Assembly: GCA_021817145.1 (NCBI GenBank)
Contig: JAKAVV010000007.1
Location: forward strand, 66,957 to 130,956
Origin: a bacterium
Lineage (GTDB): Bacteria; Vulcanimicrobiota; JABDET01
Reading direction: 5' to 3'
Length of the DNA: 64,000 bases
Shown: one piece after another, positions 29,134 through 39,472 of the stretch
Position numbering within the stretch: the stretch's first letter is position 1
Layout of the letters: each line of letters starts with the position of its first letter
Program-made: the position numbers and the translations under genes
The notes under the pieces: model-generated
Databases searched by the model: none
Told to the model about the DNA's origin: nothing
The model's input: the letters and a program-made list of their open reading frames with translations, nothing else

Positions 29134-30471
29134 ATGCATAGACAGCCTGTTGGCAGCATCAATGATTCTGGCCACCTGGTTATCGGTGGCTGTGATACAG
29201 TAGAACTTACGAAGCAGTTTGGGACACCCCTTATTGTTCTGGATGAAGCTGTAATTCGTGAAAGCTGTCGGTTATATCGAGAAGCTTTCCGAAAACATTA
29301 TCCTCAAGGTCAAGTGGTTTACGCTGGGAAAGCGTTTTTGTGTACAGCCATGTGCCGCTTGGTAGAACAAGAAGGACTTTTCCTGGATGTGGTCAGTGGG
29401 GGGGAACTTTATACTGCCATGAAAGCGGAGTTTTCTCCCGAGAAGATCTTTTTTCATGGAAACAATAAAACTCAGGAAGAATTAGAAGCAGCGATTCAAT
29501 ATGGAGTTGGCAGAATTGTTGTGGACAATCCGTATGAATTAAGATTGCTCGAACCGTTAACCAAAAAGAAAAAAAAGCCAATTATTATTCATTTTAGAGT
29601 TACTCCAGGGGTTGAGGCTCATACCCATCATTCTATTCAAACAGGACAGTCAGACTCTAAGTTTGGTTTTTCTCTGCTGGATGATACTTTATTTAAAGAG
29701 ATTCGGAATGTGATACGGTTTCCAAGATTGAAATTAACAGGACTTCACTGTCATATCGGAAGCCAGATTTTTGACCAGAAAGCCTATCAGAAATCTATTG
29801 AAGTGATGCTGCGTTTAATCAAAAATATTAAAGTTAAAACAGGGGCAGTTGTCCAGGAATTGAATTTTGGCGGAGGACTTGGAGTTCGTTATACTCAAGA
29901 TGACGCCCCTCCCAGCATTGAAGAACATATTGAAATTGTTACTAAAACCGTTCGCCGTGAATCAACAGCCTTAGGGCTTCCCATGCCTATTTTGTATGAT
30001 GAACCTGGCCGTTCTATTGTTGCTAGAGCTGGGGTTACTCTTTATACAATTGGATCCATTAAAGAAATCCCCAAAATCAGGAAATACGTGTCTGTGGATG
30101 GAGGAATGTCAGATAATCCCAGGGTGGCTCTTTATGATGCGAAATATGAATCTGTTTTAGCGAATCGTTTTAAAGAATCCCAGACAGAAAAAGTAACAAT
30201 AGCAGGGAAATGCTGTGAATCAGGAGATATTTTGCAAAAAGACGTCATGCTTCCAAAAGTGAAGTCAGGGGATATTCTGGCGCTTTTCTCGACAGGCGCT
30301 TATCATTATGCTATGGCAAGCAATTACAATCGCCTTCCCAGACCTGCGGTAGTTCTTTGCAAAGAAGGGAAAGCTGAAGTTATTATTCGCCGCGAAACGT
30401 ATGATGATTTAATTGCTCGTGATGTGGTTCCTGATCACTTAAACCACAAAGTTCGAATCCGCAGCCGATGA
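29134..30471 (+). CDS. lysA: diaminopimelate decarboxylase
   Basis: YAGKAF, DVVSGGEL, HGNNK, GLHCHIGSQI, EPGRS, GKCCESGD, MASNYN. Confidence 0.96.
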   Translation: MHRQPVGSINDSGHLVIGGCDTVELTKQFGTPLIVLDEAVIRESCRLYREAFRKHYPQGQVVYAGKAFLCTAMCRLVEQEGLFLDVVSGGELYTAMKAEFSPEKIFFHGNNKTQEELEAAIQYGVGRIVVDNPYELRLLEPLTKKKKKPIIIHFRVTPGVEAHTHHSIQTGQSDSKFGFSLLDDTLFKEIRNVIRFPRLKLTGLHCHIGSQIFDQKAYQKSIEVMLRLIKNIKVKTGAVVQELNFGGGLGVRYTQDDAPPSIEEHIEIVTKTVRRESTALGLPMPILYDEPGRSIVARAGVTLYTIGSIKEIPKIRKYVSVDGGMSDNPRVALYDAKYESVLANRFKESQTEKVTIAGKCCESGDILQKDVMLPKVKSGDILALFSTGAYHYAMASNYNRLPRPAVVLCKEGKAEVIIRRETYDDLIARDVVPDHLNHKVRIRSR

Positions 30472-30534
30472 AAATTGACGCCCTTTTTCCCCCGAAATCT
30501 TGATTTTGTTTTAGTTTTGTGAGATAATAGAAGG

Positions 30535-31164
30535 ATGAGGGTTCACTCTTTTGGTTTTACTCTTTTAGAGCTTATTGTGGTGATTGCTATTGTTGGGATT
30601 ATACTTTCCATTGCGATCCCTGAATGGAACCATCACGTCCAAATGGAAAATCTTCAGGATTCGACAAAATTGTTTGTTTCAGATCTGCAGAGGGCCGAAG
30701 CAAAAGCCAGGCAGCTTGAGGTTTCAGGAACAATTACATCGGCCCAGTCCAATCAGATTTTCAAGAATTTTCCCCATTCTATTGTCGCGATTAACGCTTT
30801 AACTGGACAAGTTTTGTTTTCTCAAGAGATTCCCGATAATATTGCCATGAATTTCAGCCCTACAACAGCCTTCCCTTGTTCTGGTTCTGTTGTTCTTCAA
30901 TTTCCAGAAGGAAATGGCGGAGCCTCTGTTCCTGGAGGGATCGGACTTTCTGCAAATGGAGGGGTATATGTATCCCCCAATGGTCTTCCTAATCTCTGCG
31001 GGTCCAATGAGAAAGCTGCTCCCTTTCGTGGTCCAAATCAGAATCAAACCTCAATTCAGATCACCTCTACTTATGGGTACCAGGTTCCTGTAATGTTAAC
31101 TCTTCAAAGTGGGAGTGTAATCCTTGGATCTCTGCAGATCGCAGTAGGGGGCGGTGGACCTTAA
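30535..31164 (+). CDS. prepilin-type N-terminal cleavage/methylation protein (FimT/GspH-like pilin)
   Basis: G|FTLLELIVVIAIVGIILSIAIP class III signal with Glu at +5. Confidence 0.85.
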   Translation: MRVHSFGFTLLELIVVIAIVGIILSIAIPEWNHHVQMENLQDSTKLFVSDLQRAEAKARQLEVSGTITSAQSNQIFKNFPHSIVAINALTGQVLFSQEIPDNIAMNFSPTTAFPCSGSVVLQFPEGNGGASVPGGIGLSANGGVYVSPNGLPNLCGSNEKAAPFRGPNQNQTSIQITSTYGYQVPVMLTLQSGSVILGSLQIAVGGGGP

Positions 31165-31171
31165 CTTTTTA

Positions 31172-32950
31172 TCAAGGCTCCCTTTGTTCTCTAGAATTTT
31201 CACTCACTCCATACAGTTGTATAGGGGTTTTTCTCCCGCGAAGCGAGATTTCTCCTAAAGATTGGCATTGAGACTGAAGAGCTGTCTCAAGTTTTTGGAA
31301 AGTGGCAGATGATAGAAGAATCGGATAATGAGGAAATCGTTTTGTTACATCTTGAATTCGTGAAGCCGTATTTACTGTATCTCCGATAACTGTGAATTCA
31401 GAGTGCTGTCTGCTTCCCACATCCCCCCATAAAACAGCCCCTGTATGGATTCCAATCCCAATTGAAAACTCAGGTTTTCCCGCTCCTCTCCAGATTTTGT
31501 TTTGGTCTTCAAGGATTTTAACCATTTCTTCTGCTGCTTGAAGAGCTTGTTCAGCATGCCTCTCAGTTTCTGTTAACCCGAATACTGCAAGGAACCCATC
31601 TCCTAAAAATTTATTGATATATCCTTTGTGGATCATAATGACAGTCCCCATGATTTCAAAAAACTCTTTGAGCTGAGTGACCAGGGCTTCAGGATTTGAA
31701 GATTCTGAAAGGGTTGTGAATCCTCTGATATCCAGAAACAGGATGGTTAACTCTTTTTTTGTTCCTGAGGGTGATAATAAATCCCGCTTCTGCGTAAGTT
31801 CTTTCATTACCTCAGGTCCCACATAATGAGTAAAAGCCCCCTTAATCCATGTTGATTCTTTCTCGGTTTGAAGATGTTTATAAATAAAAACAGGAAAATA
31901 ACTGATGATCAACCCTGACCAGAAAAATGCCACATTTACAAAAATCCCTTTTGAATGTTCCAGATATTCTGCTCCAAAATAAAGGTAATATCCGATGATC
32001 AGAACAAGAAGGCTGGTTAGAAATCCTCTCCCCTTTTTTTCTTCTAAAAGCATAACGGTTAAAGCCAAATTAAGGAAAAGCAAAAGCAGCAGCTGCCCTT
32101 TCCAGGAAGCCAGGTGAATAAAGTTTTTGTTTAAGAAATTTTCAGCTGCAAGAGCCTGAATAAAAACCCCTGGAACTCTCCCAACAGGGGTTAAATGAAC
32201 ATCATGGGCAGAAGGGTTTGTAAAACCGATAAAAACAAGTTTGTTTTTAAAAAATTGCGGTGAAACTTGATGCTTCATGACTTCCCTAAAAGAGTAACTG
32301 GGAAACAAGGTTGTCAAATTTTTTGAAAACCTGAGATGGAGCTGCTTCTGTAATAACGTTTCTGGATGGCGGGATAGGTACTGCCTTGCAGCTTCAAATC
32401 CAAAAGGGGCTAAATAAAAATTAGGATAAATGAGAATACTTCTTACCACCCCATCTGAATCAGGCTGGAAATTAGCATATCCAATTTTGCAGACTTTTGC
32501 AAAAATCTTATTATCAACCGAATATTGGATGGATACGATTTTCCCGCGATAAATTACAGGTCCAATAACAGTGGCTAAAACGATATTTCCGCATTTTTTA
32601 AAAATATGGGTTAGTTTTGCGTCATACGAAGTTTTTGCTGTGAAAAACATATCTAGAGCAGTGGTCTCAGCTCCTGCTTTTTTGAGCCACAAACATACTT
32701 TTCCGATTGTATGATATTCTAATTTTGGGGACCCGCCATGCTTCATGAACCACACGTTTGTGCCTGGTCCCCATTTGATAATCACAATATTGGAACTTGG
32801 TTTTCCAACATAACTTTTTTGAAACTTATCCCAAAGCGGCCAGTTCCAGGAATGGAGTAAACTTCGATAAGGGGAAGGGTAGAAAAACAGGAAACCCGAT
32901 AATAGGGTGGCAAAAATCCCCCAACTGAAAGTAAACCGCCATTTTTTCAT
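31172..32950 (-). CDS. CHASE2-domain class III adenylate/guanylate cyclase
   Basis: DSDGVVR, TP.G.VPGV.I.A, three TMs, LFLDIRGFT, KFLGDG, GIGIHTG, IGDTVNTASR. Confidence 0.92.
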   Translation of the reverse strand: MKKWRFTFSWGIFATLLSGFLFFYPSPYRSLLHSWNWPLWDKFQKSYVGKPSSNIVIIKWGPGTNVWFMKHGGSPKLEYHTIGKVCLWLKKAGAETTALDMFFTAKTSYDAKLTHIFKKCGNIVLATVIGPVIYRGKIVSIQYSVDNKIFAKVCKIGYANFQPDSDGVVRSILIYPNFYLAPFGFEAARQYLSRHPETLLQKQLHLRFSKNLTTLFPSYSFREVMKHQVSPQFFKNKLVFIGFTNPSAHDVHLTPVGRVPGVFIQALAAENFLNKNFIHLASWKGQLLLLLFLNLALTVMLLEEKKGRGFLTSLLVLIIGYYLYFGAEYLEHSKGIFVNVAFFWSGLIISYFPVFIYKHLQTEKESTWIKGAFTHYVGPEVMKELTQKRDLLSPSGTKKELTILFLDIRGFTTLSESSNPEALVTQLKEFFEIMGTVIMIHKGYINKFLGDGFLAVFGLTETERHAEQALQAAEEMVKILEDQNKIWRGAGKPEFSIGIGIHTGAVLWGDVGSRQHSEFTVIGDTVNTASRIQDVTKRFPHYPILLSSATFQKLETALQSQCQSLGEISLRGRKTPIQLYGVSENSREQREP

Positions 32951-33099
32951 GTTTAGAAGAAATTCTCTAGGATTTAAAGATTTATCCTTTAAGTCAGTTT
33001 GGATTTAACTTGTCTGTTTGGATCTCAAGATACCTCCTTTAGGAGGATTTTCAATCTAGTGTGTGATAGATTATAATCAGAGTAGTAAGGAGGGATGAC

Positions 33100-34059
33100 A
33101 TGAAAAGGTTGATATTGTTCTTTTTATGCGTAGTTTTTTTAGGCGCATTTGCTCCTAAGGCAAAAGCAGGAGTTAACGTGAACATAAATGTGAATTTATT
33201 CCCTCAGTATGATGGCTTTGTTTCAGGGTATTATGGAATCCCTGAACCTGAGGTGGTCTATTATCAGGATAGACTCCACAGCTGGCAGGATGCAGCTACT
33301 TTATTTTTCTTGTCTCGGCTGACAGGATGTTATCCTCGAGTAATTTTAGGTTGGAGATTGGGAGGGATGCCCTGGGTCAGTATTGTTGCAAGACTGGGTG
33401 TGCCCTATAATGTTTTTTACGTCCCCTATGGTCCTTATGGTGATTATTTCATGAATCATGATGGTCCTCCTTATGGGAATGCTTGGGGATACTGGAGGAG
33501 AGGTCCTCGTGGAAGATTTCTTGCGCTTAATGATCAAGCAATTCGAAATCGAGTTTCTTTAATTATGACTTCTCAGTATTATCACATTCCTGTGCAGCAA
33601 GAGGCGGGATGGATTACAGAACACAGGGTTGGTTTTGGGAGATTAGTCCAGGAGCATTGGAGAGAAAGGAACCCTGGGTTTCGATTTGATAGAAGCGCAT
33701 TCGAGCATGGAGCGCGGATCCCTTTTTATAATGGGCGTGGTCCGCAAGGGCGTGGAAACCGTGGTCCGCAGTGGCAGAGGAATCAGGGTCCGCAAGGGCG
33801 TGGAAACCGTGGTCCGCAAGGTCGTGGAAATCGCGGTCCCCAGGGGCATGGAAATCATGGTCCCCAAGGTCGTGGAAATCATGGTCCCCAAGGGCATGGA
33901 AATCATGGTCCCCAAGGGCACGGAAATCGTGGTCCTCAAGGGCATGGAAATCGTGGTCCTCAAGGGCATGGAAATCGTGGTCCTCAAGGGCATGGAAATC
34001 GTGGTCCTCAAGGGCATGGAAATCGTGGTCCCCAGGGGCATGGAAATCATGGACATTAA
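33100..34059 (+). CDS. secreted protein with C-terminal Gly/His/Arg-rich octapeptide repeats
   Basis: Sec signal ending AKA, GPPYGNAWGYW motif, 13 copies of GPQG(H/R)GN(R/H). Confidence 0.8.
   Translation: MKRLILFFLCVVFLGAFAPKAKAGVNVNINVNLFPQYDGFVSGYYGIPEPEVVYYQDRLHSWQDAATLFFLSRLTGCYPRVILGWRLGGMPWVSIVARLGVPYNVFYVPYGPYGDYFMNHDGPPYGNAWGYWRRGPRGRFLALNDQAIRNRVSLIMTSQYYHIPVQQEAGWITEHRVGFGRLVQEHWRERNPGFRFDRSAFEHGARIPFYNGRGPQGRGNRGPQWQRNQGPQGRGNRGPQGRGNRGPQGHGNHGPQGRGNHGPQGHGNHGPQGHGNRGPQGHGNRGPQGHGNRGPQGHGNRGPQGHGNRGPQGHGNHGH
33739..34050. repeat. 13 x 24-bp coding tandem repeat
   Basis: Unit GGTCCNCAAGGGCATGGAAATCGT with variants. 312 bp in total. Confidence 0.92.
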
Positions 34060-34079
34060 CTTTAATTAGAAAAAATAGG

Positions 34080-34583
34080 CTAAACTAAAGGGGCAGGAGT
34101 TTGTTCCTGCTCCTTTTCTATTTCATGAGTCCCCGTCCCCTCATTATCGGGTTGGCGCTTTGCAAAAAGCCAGCGTTCTCCTCCGATAAGGCAGGCAAAA
34201 AATAAGAAAAAATAAGCCTGGTCAAGCCCTAGCAAACTGATAGGGGACCCATGCATCATCCAGTAGTTTGCCATCATTGTCATTCCCATCAATGCTGCAA
34301 ATCTTGCGAATACTCCTGCGGCAAGAGCAAGTCCAACCGCTGTTTCTCCTCCTGCAACTAGGACAGAGAATATCACAGGATGAGGTAAAACGGTTTTTGT
34401 CAAAAAATGTCTGTAAAATGGGAAAATTGTCGGAGTTTTTAAGCTGTATTGAATCATTCCAGTTAGAATTTTAGGATGAACAAGCCATCCCCCCATTATT
34501 TTTTGTATTCCATGAATGAGAAAAGCCATTCCTGTGTAAAATTGGATGAGTCGAATCCCCCAAACTGATGCTTTATTTGTCAT
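34080..34583 (-). CDS. DoxX family membrane protein
   Basis: G..F..HG.QK, then GETAVGLAL..G.F.R.AA. Four TM segments. Confidence 0.8.
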   Translation of the reverse strand: MTNKASVWGIRLIQFYTGMAFLIHGIQKIMGGWLVHPKILTGMIQYSLKTPTIFPFYRHFLTKTVLPHPVIFSVLVAGGETAVGLALAAGVFARFAALMGMTMMANYWMMHGSPISLLGLDQAYFFLFFACLIGGERWLFAKRQPDNEGTGTHEIEKEQEQTPAPLV

Positions 34584-34633
34584 AGATCACCTTTCTGTTT
34601 TAATATCGTTTATACTTCATCTATACTTCATCT

Positions 34634-34957
34634 TCATAAGTTTGCCATTTCTTTTTCAAGGCAGGGAAAACAGAAGTCAGAGTGGGCAGATGGATGAGTT
34701 TCAAAACTTTCCCCGCAAGATCTGCATACTCTCCATTCCAACAGTTTTTTTTCAGCAGTGAATGGTTCGCTCAAGGATGAGGGGGGGGGCAGATTAAAAA
34801 AGGTGAACCATTTTTCATCTAGCGGTGGGAAAATAGCTGGGAAAAATGCAAGTTTTTCTTCAAGACATTCAGGGCATAAAAGAGATAGAATCTCTCCTAT
34901 TTTAGTTCGGGATGAAATAAAGACTTCACCACACTCAATGCAAGGTCTTTCTTTCAC
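34634..34957 (-). CDS. small double zinc-ribbon protein
   Basis: Four CxxC pairs (CIEC, CPEC, CRSC, CFPC). Overlaps the end of the upstream gene. Confidence 0.6.
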   Translation of the reverse strand: MKERPCIECGEVFISSRTKIGEILSLLCPECLEEKLAFFPAIFPPLDEKWFTFFNLPPPSSLSEPFTAEKKLLEWRVCRSCGESFETHPSAHSDFCFPCLEKEMANL

Positions 34958-35735
34958 TTTTTTTAGTCACCTCTCGAAATACAGCATCTACGTAATCACA
35001 AGCCAGCGTTTTTTCACCTGGTGTGAAAAAACTATTTTTAAAAATCTCCTGGCAAAAATTTAAATAATAGAGATAAAATTCCTTTTCTAGAGTTTTGGTT
35101 CTGTCATCCAGGTTTACTGGCGTTGTTTTAAAACGATTTTTGAAAGACTCAAACGCTTCTTTTAAAGTGGCGGGATAGAGCTTTCTGTTGATCTTCATTG
35201 TTTTTGTTTTGAATTCTGACAGAGAAGAAGCAAGTGCAGAGAAATTGGTTTCTTGATTTGGATTTGAGGCAGCGCTTTCCCAGATAGAATCCAGAAGTTC
35301 TTTTGCCGCTTTTTTGTCTTCATCCAGGCTTTTGGGGCTGGTCCACAAAACCCATGCAAGGCGATGGTAAAATTCGGCAGTTGTTAGATCGCAGTCTTTT
35401 TGAACTTTTAAAATCAGTTCATTCAGGTTTTGCAGAAGTTTTTCAGTGGTTGTATTTTCAGCGGCATGGATCCCATATTCATTCATCACATTCGTTAAAC
35501 TTTTTTTTATTTTGGATAACACTGCAGGGTTTAAGATTTCTTTTGTTCTTTTCAAGCGCAGAAGTGCATTTAGGTTTTCTTTTAGATTTTTATACTCGTC
35601 AAGTTTAGTTTTAAGGCTTAAATCTCCACTTAAAATTTCCATTAAGCTGTTTTTTTTAGAAGAATCTTGATCCGATCTTCTTGAAAGGATATAATCGACA
35701 AATTGATTTCTGTTTTTAGGAGTATCGAATTTCAT
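34935..35735 (-). CDS. hypothetical helical protein
   Basis: 266-aa ORF with ATG start. No motif recognised. Confidence 0.55.
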   Translation of the reverse strand: MKFDTPKNRNQFVDYILSRRSDQDSSKKNSLMEILSGDLSLKTKLDEYKNLKENLNALLRLKRTKEILNPAVLSKIKKSLTNVMNEYGIHAAENTTTEKLLQNLNELILKVQKDCDLTTAEFYHRLAWVLWTSPKSLDEDKKAAKELLDSIWESAASNPNQETNFSALASSLSEFKTKTMKINRKLYPATLKEAFESFKNRFKTTPVNLDDRTKTLEKEFYLYYLNFCQEIFKNSFFTPGEKTLACDYVDAVFREVTKKSERKTLH

Positions 35736-35791
35736 TGAATTTTACTATATTATACCATGGAAAAGGGATTCTGTAAAGTTAGGCGAAAAAA

Positions 35792-37366
35792 GTGATTCCT
35801 ATGAAAATGATAAAAAATATATCTCTTAAAATTCAAGTTTTTCTTTTATTTTTCTTCTCTTTTTCTCTGATTCTCCCTGGTGTTTTGCAAGCTGCTCCAC
35901 ATTCGCATCCGCGCAAAAAGAAACCATTTTCTTCTAAACTCAAAGAGCGCGAAGTCATCACTCAGCATAAAGTGGTGATTAATGGGGATGTTGTTCACTA
36001 CACAGCAGTTGCGGGAACGATTCTTTTAAGAAACAAGAAGTTAAAACCCATGGCAAGTATTTTTTACATTGCTTATTTTAAAAATGGAGTCAGAGATAAG
36101 AGTAACAGACCCATTACTTTTGCTTACAATGGTGGTCCTGGCTCTTCTTCAGTCTGGCTGCAGTTTGGAGGGATTGGACCAAGAAGATTAGCGCTTCCAA
36201 ATGCAAAATTTGAGCCCCCTCCTCCTTATACTCTTCAAAATAATAATGACTGTCTTTTAAATAAAACCGATCTGGTTTTTATCGATCCGGTTGGAACAGG
36301 GTACAGTCATACCATTGGGAAAGTAAGCCCCAAAAAATTTTGGGGGGTTGATCAAGATGTCCGCTCTTTTGGAGAGTTCATCCAAGATTTTTTAACTAAA
36401 TTTAATCGCTGGAATTCTCCAAAGTTTATTCTAGGTGAAAGTTATGGAACGACCCGTTCTGCTGCCCTGTCTTATTATCTTCAAGAACAAGGGATCCCAT
36501 TAAATGGAGTGATTCTCCTCTCTTCAATTTTAAACTGGGAAACCGCTTCTTTTGCTCCTGGGAATGATCTCCCTTATATTCTTTACCTCCCTTCTTATGC
36601 TTCAGTGGCATGGTATCACCATAAATTAACCCCTCGACCTAAAAATCTCCCCTTATTTTTGAATCAGGTAGAAAGATTTGCAACAGGGGAATATGCCAAA
36701 GCATTAATGGATGGAAACACTGTTCCCAAAGCTTTGGAGGAGAATGTTCTTGGCAAACTGACAAAGTACACAGGGCTTAAACGATCTTTCTGGAAAGAAG
36801 CCGATCTTCGTGTCAATAATTCAGAGTTTGAAAAGCAGCTGCTCCACAACCAGGGTTTTGAGCTGGGAAGATTAGATGCCAGATTTGAAGGGTATGCCCG
36901 CAGACCTGTTCTTCCATTCCGAACTTATTCCGTTCTAGGGGAAGCGATTTCAGGAGCTTTTACAACAGCAGCGAATAGCTACATTCGAAACAATTTAAAA
37001 TATATCAGTAAAAGACCGTATGTGGTGATGAGTAATAAAGCAATCGAGGAGTGGAGTTGGAAACATAAAATTCCGAACCAACTTTTTTACCATTCAGGTG
37101 GTTTTTTAAATGTGGCTCCTGATCTGGCTGTTGCGATGACACGAAACCCTCATCTGCAGTTAATGCAGAATAATGGGTATTTTGATCTGGGCACCCCTTT
37201 TTATGCGACTGTTTATACCTTGAATCATTTGCTTCTTCCAAAACCCTTAATTTCTCACATCCATATTTACAATTATTATTCAGGGCACATGATTTATTTA
37301 AACACTCAGGCTCTAAAACAGCTGCACCAGAACATCGATCATTTTATCGGTGCAGCAGCAAGATAA
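35792..37366 (+). CDS. S10 family serine carboxypeptidase, exported
   Basis: NGGPGSSS, FIDPVGTGYS, GESYGT, GYFDLGTP, YSGHMIY and a signal peptide. Confidence 0.93.
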   Translation: MIPMKMIKNISLKIQVFLLFFFSFSLILPGVLQAAPHSHPRKKKPFSSKLKEREVITQHKVVINGDVVHYTAVAGTILLRNKKLKPMASIFYIAYFKNGVRDKSNRPITFAYNGGPGSSSVWLQFGGIGPRRLALPNAKFEPPPPYTLQNNNDCLLNKTDLVFIDPVGTGYSHTIGKVSPKKFWGVDQDVRSFGEFIQDFLTKFNRWNSPKFILGESYGTTRSAALSYYLQEQGIPLNGVILLSSILNWETASFAPGNDLPYILYLPSYASVAWYHHKLTPRPKNLPLFLNQVERFATGEYAKALMDGNTVPKALEENVLGKLTKYTGLKRSFWKEADLRVNNSEFEKQLLHNQGFELGRLDARFEGYARRPVLPFRTYSVLGEAISGAFTTAANSYIRNNLKYISKRPYVVMSNKAIEEWSWKHKIPNQLFYHSGGFLNVAPDLAVAMTRNPHLQLMQNNGYFDLGTPFYATVYTLNHLLLPKPLISHIHIYNYYSGHMIYLNTQALKQLHQNIDHFIGAAAR

Positions 37367-37398
37367 GAGTATAAAGCCGTCTATTTTCGTCAATTAAG

Positions 37399-37878
37399 CT
37401 ATTCTGACTGTTCGATGATGGCTACTGCGCCAGATGTCATCAGATCGCCAGCATGCCGTTTTTCAATTCGGATCAATTTTTCCGATTTGTTTCCTGTTCT
37501 TGTCCATTCAAGTGAACTTTTTTCCTGGCTGCTGGCAGTGATTCCAATTTCCAGAATATTGGTTTGATCATTTCGGAGGCTGCGATTCAATACAGCAGCA
37601 GTGAATCCTTTGGATAAAAGGGTAGAAGCTTGAATTTGTTCGTTATTCTGCAGCAAATCAAGTATTTCTTGCGTGGATCTGGCAGCATCCTCTGTTGTAA
37701 TTTTCCCATCTTTATCCATGTCTGTGAAAAGGGCAACATCTGATTCGTTCAGATATCCCTCTGGAGAATAGTCAATCCATGTAAGGATAACCCCATCTTT
37801 AATATTGATTTTATCTCGTGCTGCAACTCCTCCCATAAGAGGGAAAAAGCGGACAGGTCGTTCCACGGTTTTAGCCAT
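37399..37878 (-). CDS. hypothetical protein with one EF-hand-like loop
   Basis: DMDKDGKITTED loop and a GGAGG RBS. Confidence 0.55.
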   Translation of the reverse strand: MAKTVERPVRFFPLMGGVAARDKINIKDGVILTWIDYSPEGYLNESDVALFTDMDKDGKITTEDAARSTQEILDLLQNNEQIQASTLLSKGFTAAVLNRSLRNDQTNILEIGITASSQEKSSLEWTRTGNKSEKLIRIEKRHAGDLMTSGAVAIIEQSE

Positions 37879-37998
37879 TTTTGCTTCCTCCTTTATCTTG
37901 GTTTAATGGATTAGTTTCTAAGCAGGTCTTTCCATTCCTTTTCTGCAGTTGATTTGTCTTGGAGGGAGACGATCTCGGGGCCTGGAAATATTCTTTGA

Positions 37999-39432
37999 AT
38001 GAATAAAGATCTGCAAGAAATCTTAAAAGGGATTGTTGGGGGAAAAAATGCTCTTCTAGCGCCTGAAGAGATTCTGGTTTATGAAAGCGACGGCGTTAGT
38101 TTAATTAAAGGGAAAGCAGATGCTGTTTTGCTCCCTGGGTCTCCCGAAGAAGTCATGCAGATCGTGAAACTGGCAAATCAGCATCAAATTCCTTTTGTCG
38201 CAAGAGGAGCAGGAACAGGATTAAGTGGAGGATGTTCTGCGCAGCAGGGGGGATGGATTATTTCAACCGCTCGACTGGATAAAATTTTAGAAATAGACAC
38301 TGTAAATCGGACTGCAAGAGTTCAGCCAGGGGTTGTGAATGCCGCTTTATCGGAAACGCTCTATCCTTATGGATATCAGTTTGCCCCTGATCCATCCAGC
38401 CAATCAGCTTGCACTTTGGGAGGGAATTTTGCTGAAAATTCGGGGGGACCGCACTGCTTGAAATACGGGATGACTTCCCCTCATATTTTAGGCGCAAAGA
38501 TAATTATGCCCAATGGGGAGCTTGTCAGTTTAGGGGGAAAGGTTCCAGGGAACACGGGTTATGATCTTCTTGGATTAATGGTTGGTTCAGAAGGCACATT
38601 AGGAATTGCTGTTGAGTTTACAGTAAAATTAACCCCTCTGCCAGAAGCTGTAGAAACTTTTTTGGCAGTTTTCCCGACCATTGAAAAAGCTTCTCAAACT
38701 GTTTCTGAAATAATCGCTTCAGGAATCACTCCCGCAGCTCTGGAAATGCTGGATAAATTGACTCTTGAAGTGGTGGAAAAGTTTGTTCATGCTGGATATC
38801 CTCAAAATGCAGGTGCTGCTCTTTTAATTGAGTTGGATGGAGTTCAACTTCAAATTGTTGAGGAATCTGAATGGGTAAAAAAAATCTGCCAGAGAAATGG
38901 AGTTCTCTCACTTGAAAAAGCTGAGGAGGAAGAACATCGAAAAAAGCTGTGGCTTGGCAGGAAAAGCGCTTTCGGAGCTTTTGGAAGAGTCACACACGAT
39001 TTTTTTGTGATGGATGGAGTTGTTCCTCCTTCAAAACTTCCGGTTATCATGAAAAAAATAGAAGAAATCTCAGTGAAATACCAGGTTCAGATTGCCAATG
39101 TATTTCATGCTGGGGATGGGAATCTTCACCCTAACATTCTTTTCGATATTCGTGATAAAGAGATGGTGAAAAGGGTTCTTTCAGCAGGGGAAGAAATTTT
39201 GGAAGAGTGTGTTTCATTAGGAGGGGCTGTCAGCGGTGAGCATGGAATCGGTGTCGAAAAACAGAATTTAATGCCCCTTATGTTTACGGAAGTGGATCTA
39301 AATACCATGCAAAAAGTTCATGATTTTTTTAATCCACAGAATTTGTGCAATCCTGGGAAGATCTTTCCGACAGGGAAGACCTGTGGGGAAGCCCTGCCAG
39401 GCAGATATCTGAGTGTGGCATCCTGGATTTAA
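37999..39432 (+). CDS. glcD: FAD-linked oxidase, glycolate oxidase subunit GlcD-like
   Basis: RGAGTGLSGG, PDPSSQ..CTLGGN.AENSGGPHCLKYG, HAGDGNLHP, GEHGIG, NPGKIFP. Confidence 0.88.
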   Translation: MNKDLQEILKGIVGGKNALLAPEEILVYESDGVSLIKGKADAVLLPGSPEEVMQIVKLANQHQIPFVARGAGTGLSGGCSAQQGGWIISTARLDKILEIDTVNRTARVQPGVVNAALSETLYPYGYQFAPDPSSQSACTLGGNFAENSGGPHCLKYGMTSPHILGAKIIMPNGELVSLGGKVPGNTGYDLLGLMVGSEGTLGIAVEFTVKLTPLPEAVETFLAVFPTIEKASQTVSEIIASGITPAALEMLDKLTLEVVEKFVHAGYPQNAGAALLIELDGVQLQIVEESEWVKKICQRNGVLSLEKAEEEEHRKKLWLGRKSAFGAFGRVTHDFFVMDGVVPPSKLPVIMKKIEEISVKYQVQIANVFHAGDGNLHPNILFDIRDKEMVKRVLSAGEEILEECVSLGGAVSGEHGIGVEKQNLMPLMFTEVDLNTMQKVHDFFNPQNLCNPGKIFPTGKTCGEALPGRYLSVASWI

Positions 39433-39472
39433 GGGAACTGATTTAAAAAAAGAGTAAGGAAGGTGTTGAAAA

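Noticed and set aside
33739..34050. Possible CRISPR array
   Set aside because: The units are contiguous with no unique spacers, lie in frame within a CDS, and have no cas genes nearby.
33643..34088. Alternative-frame repetitive ORFs (MSMISMPLGTT..., ...EIVVLKGM..., ...AWKSWSSR...)
   Set aside because: These are shadows of the 24-bp tandem repeat. Only the 33100-34059 frame has an RBS and a signal peptide.
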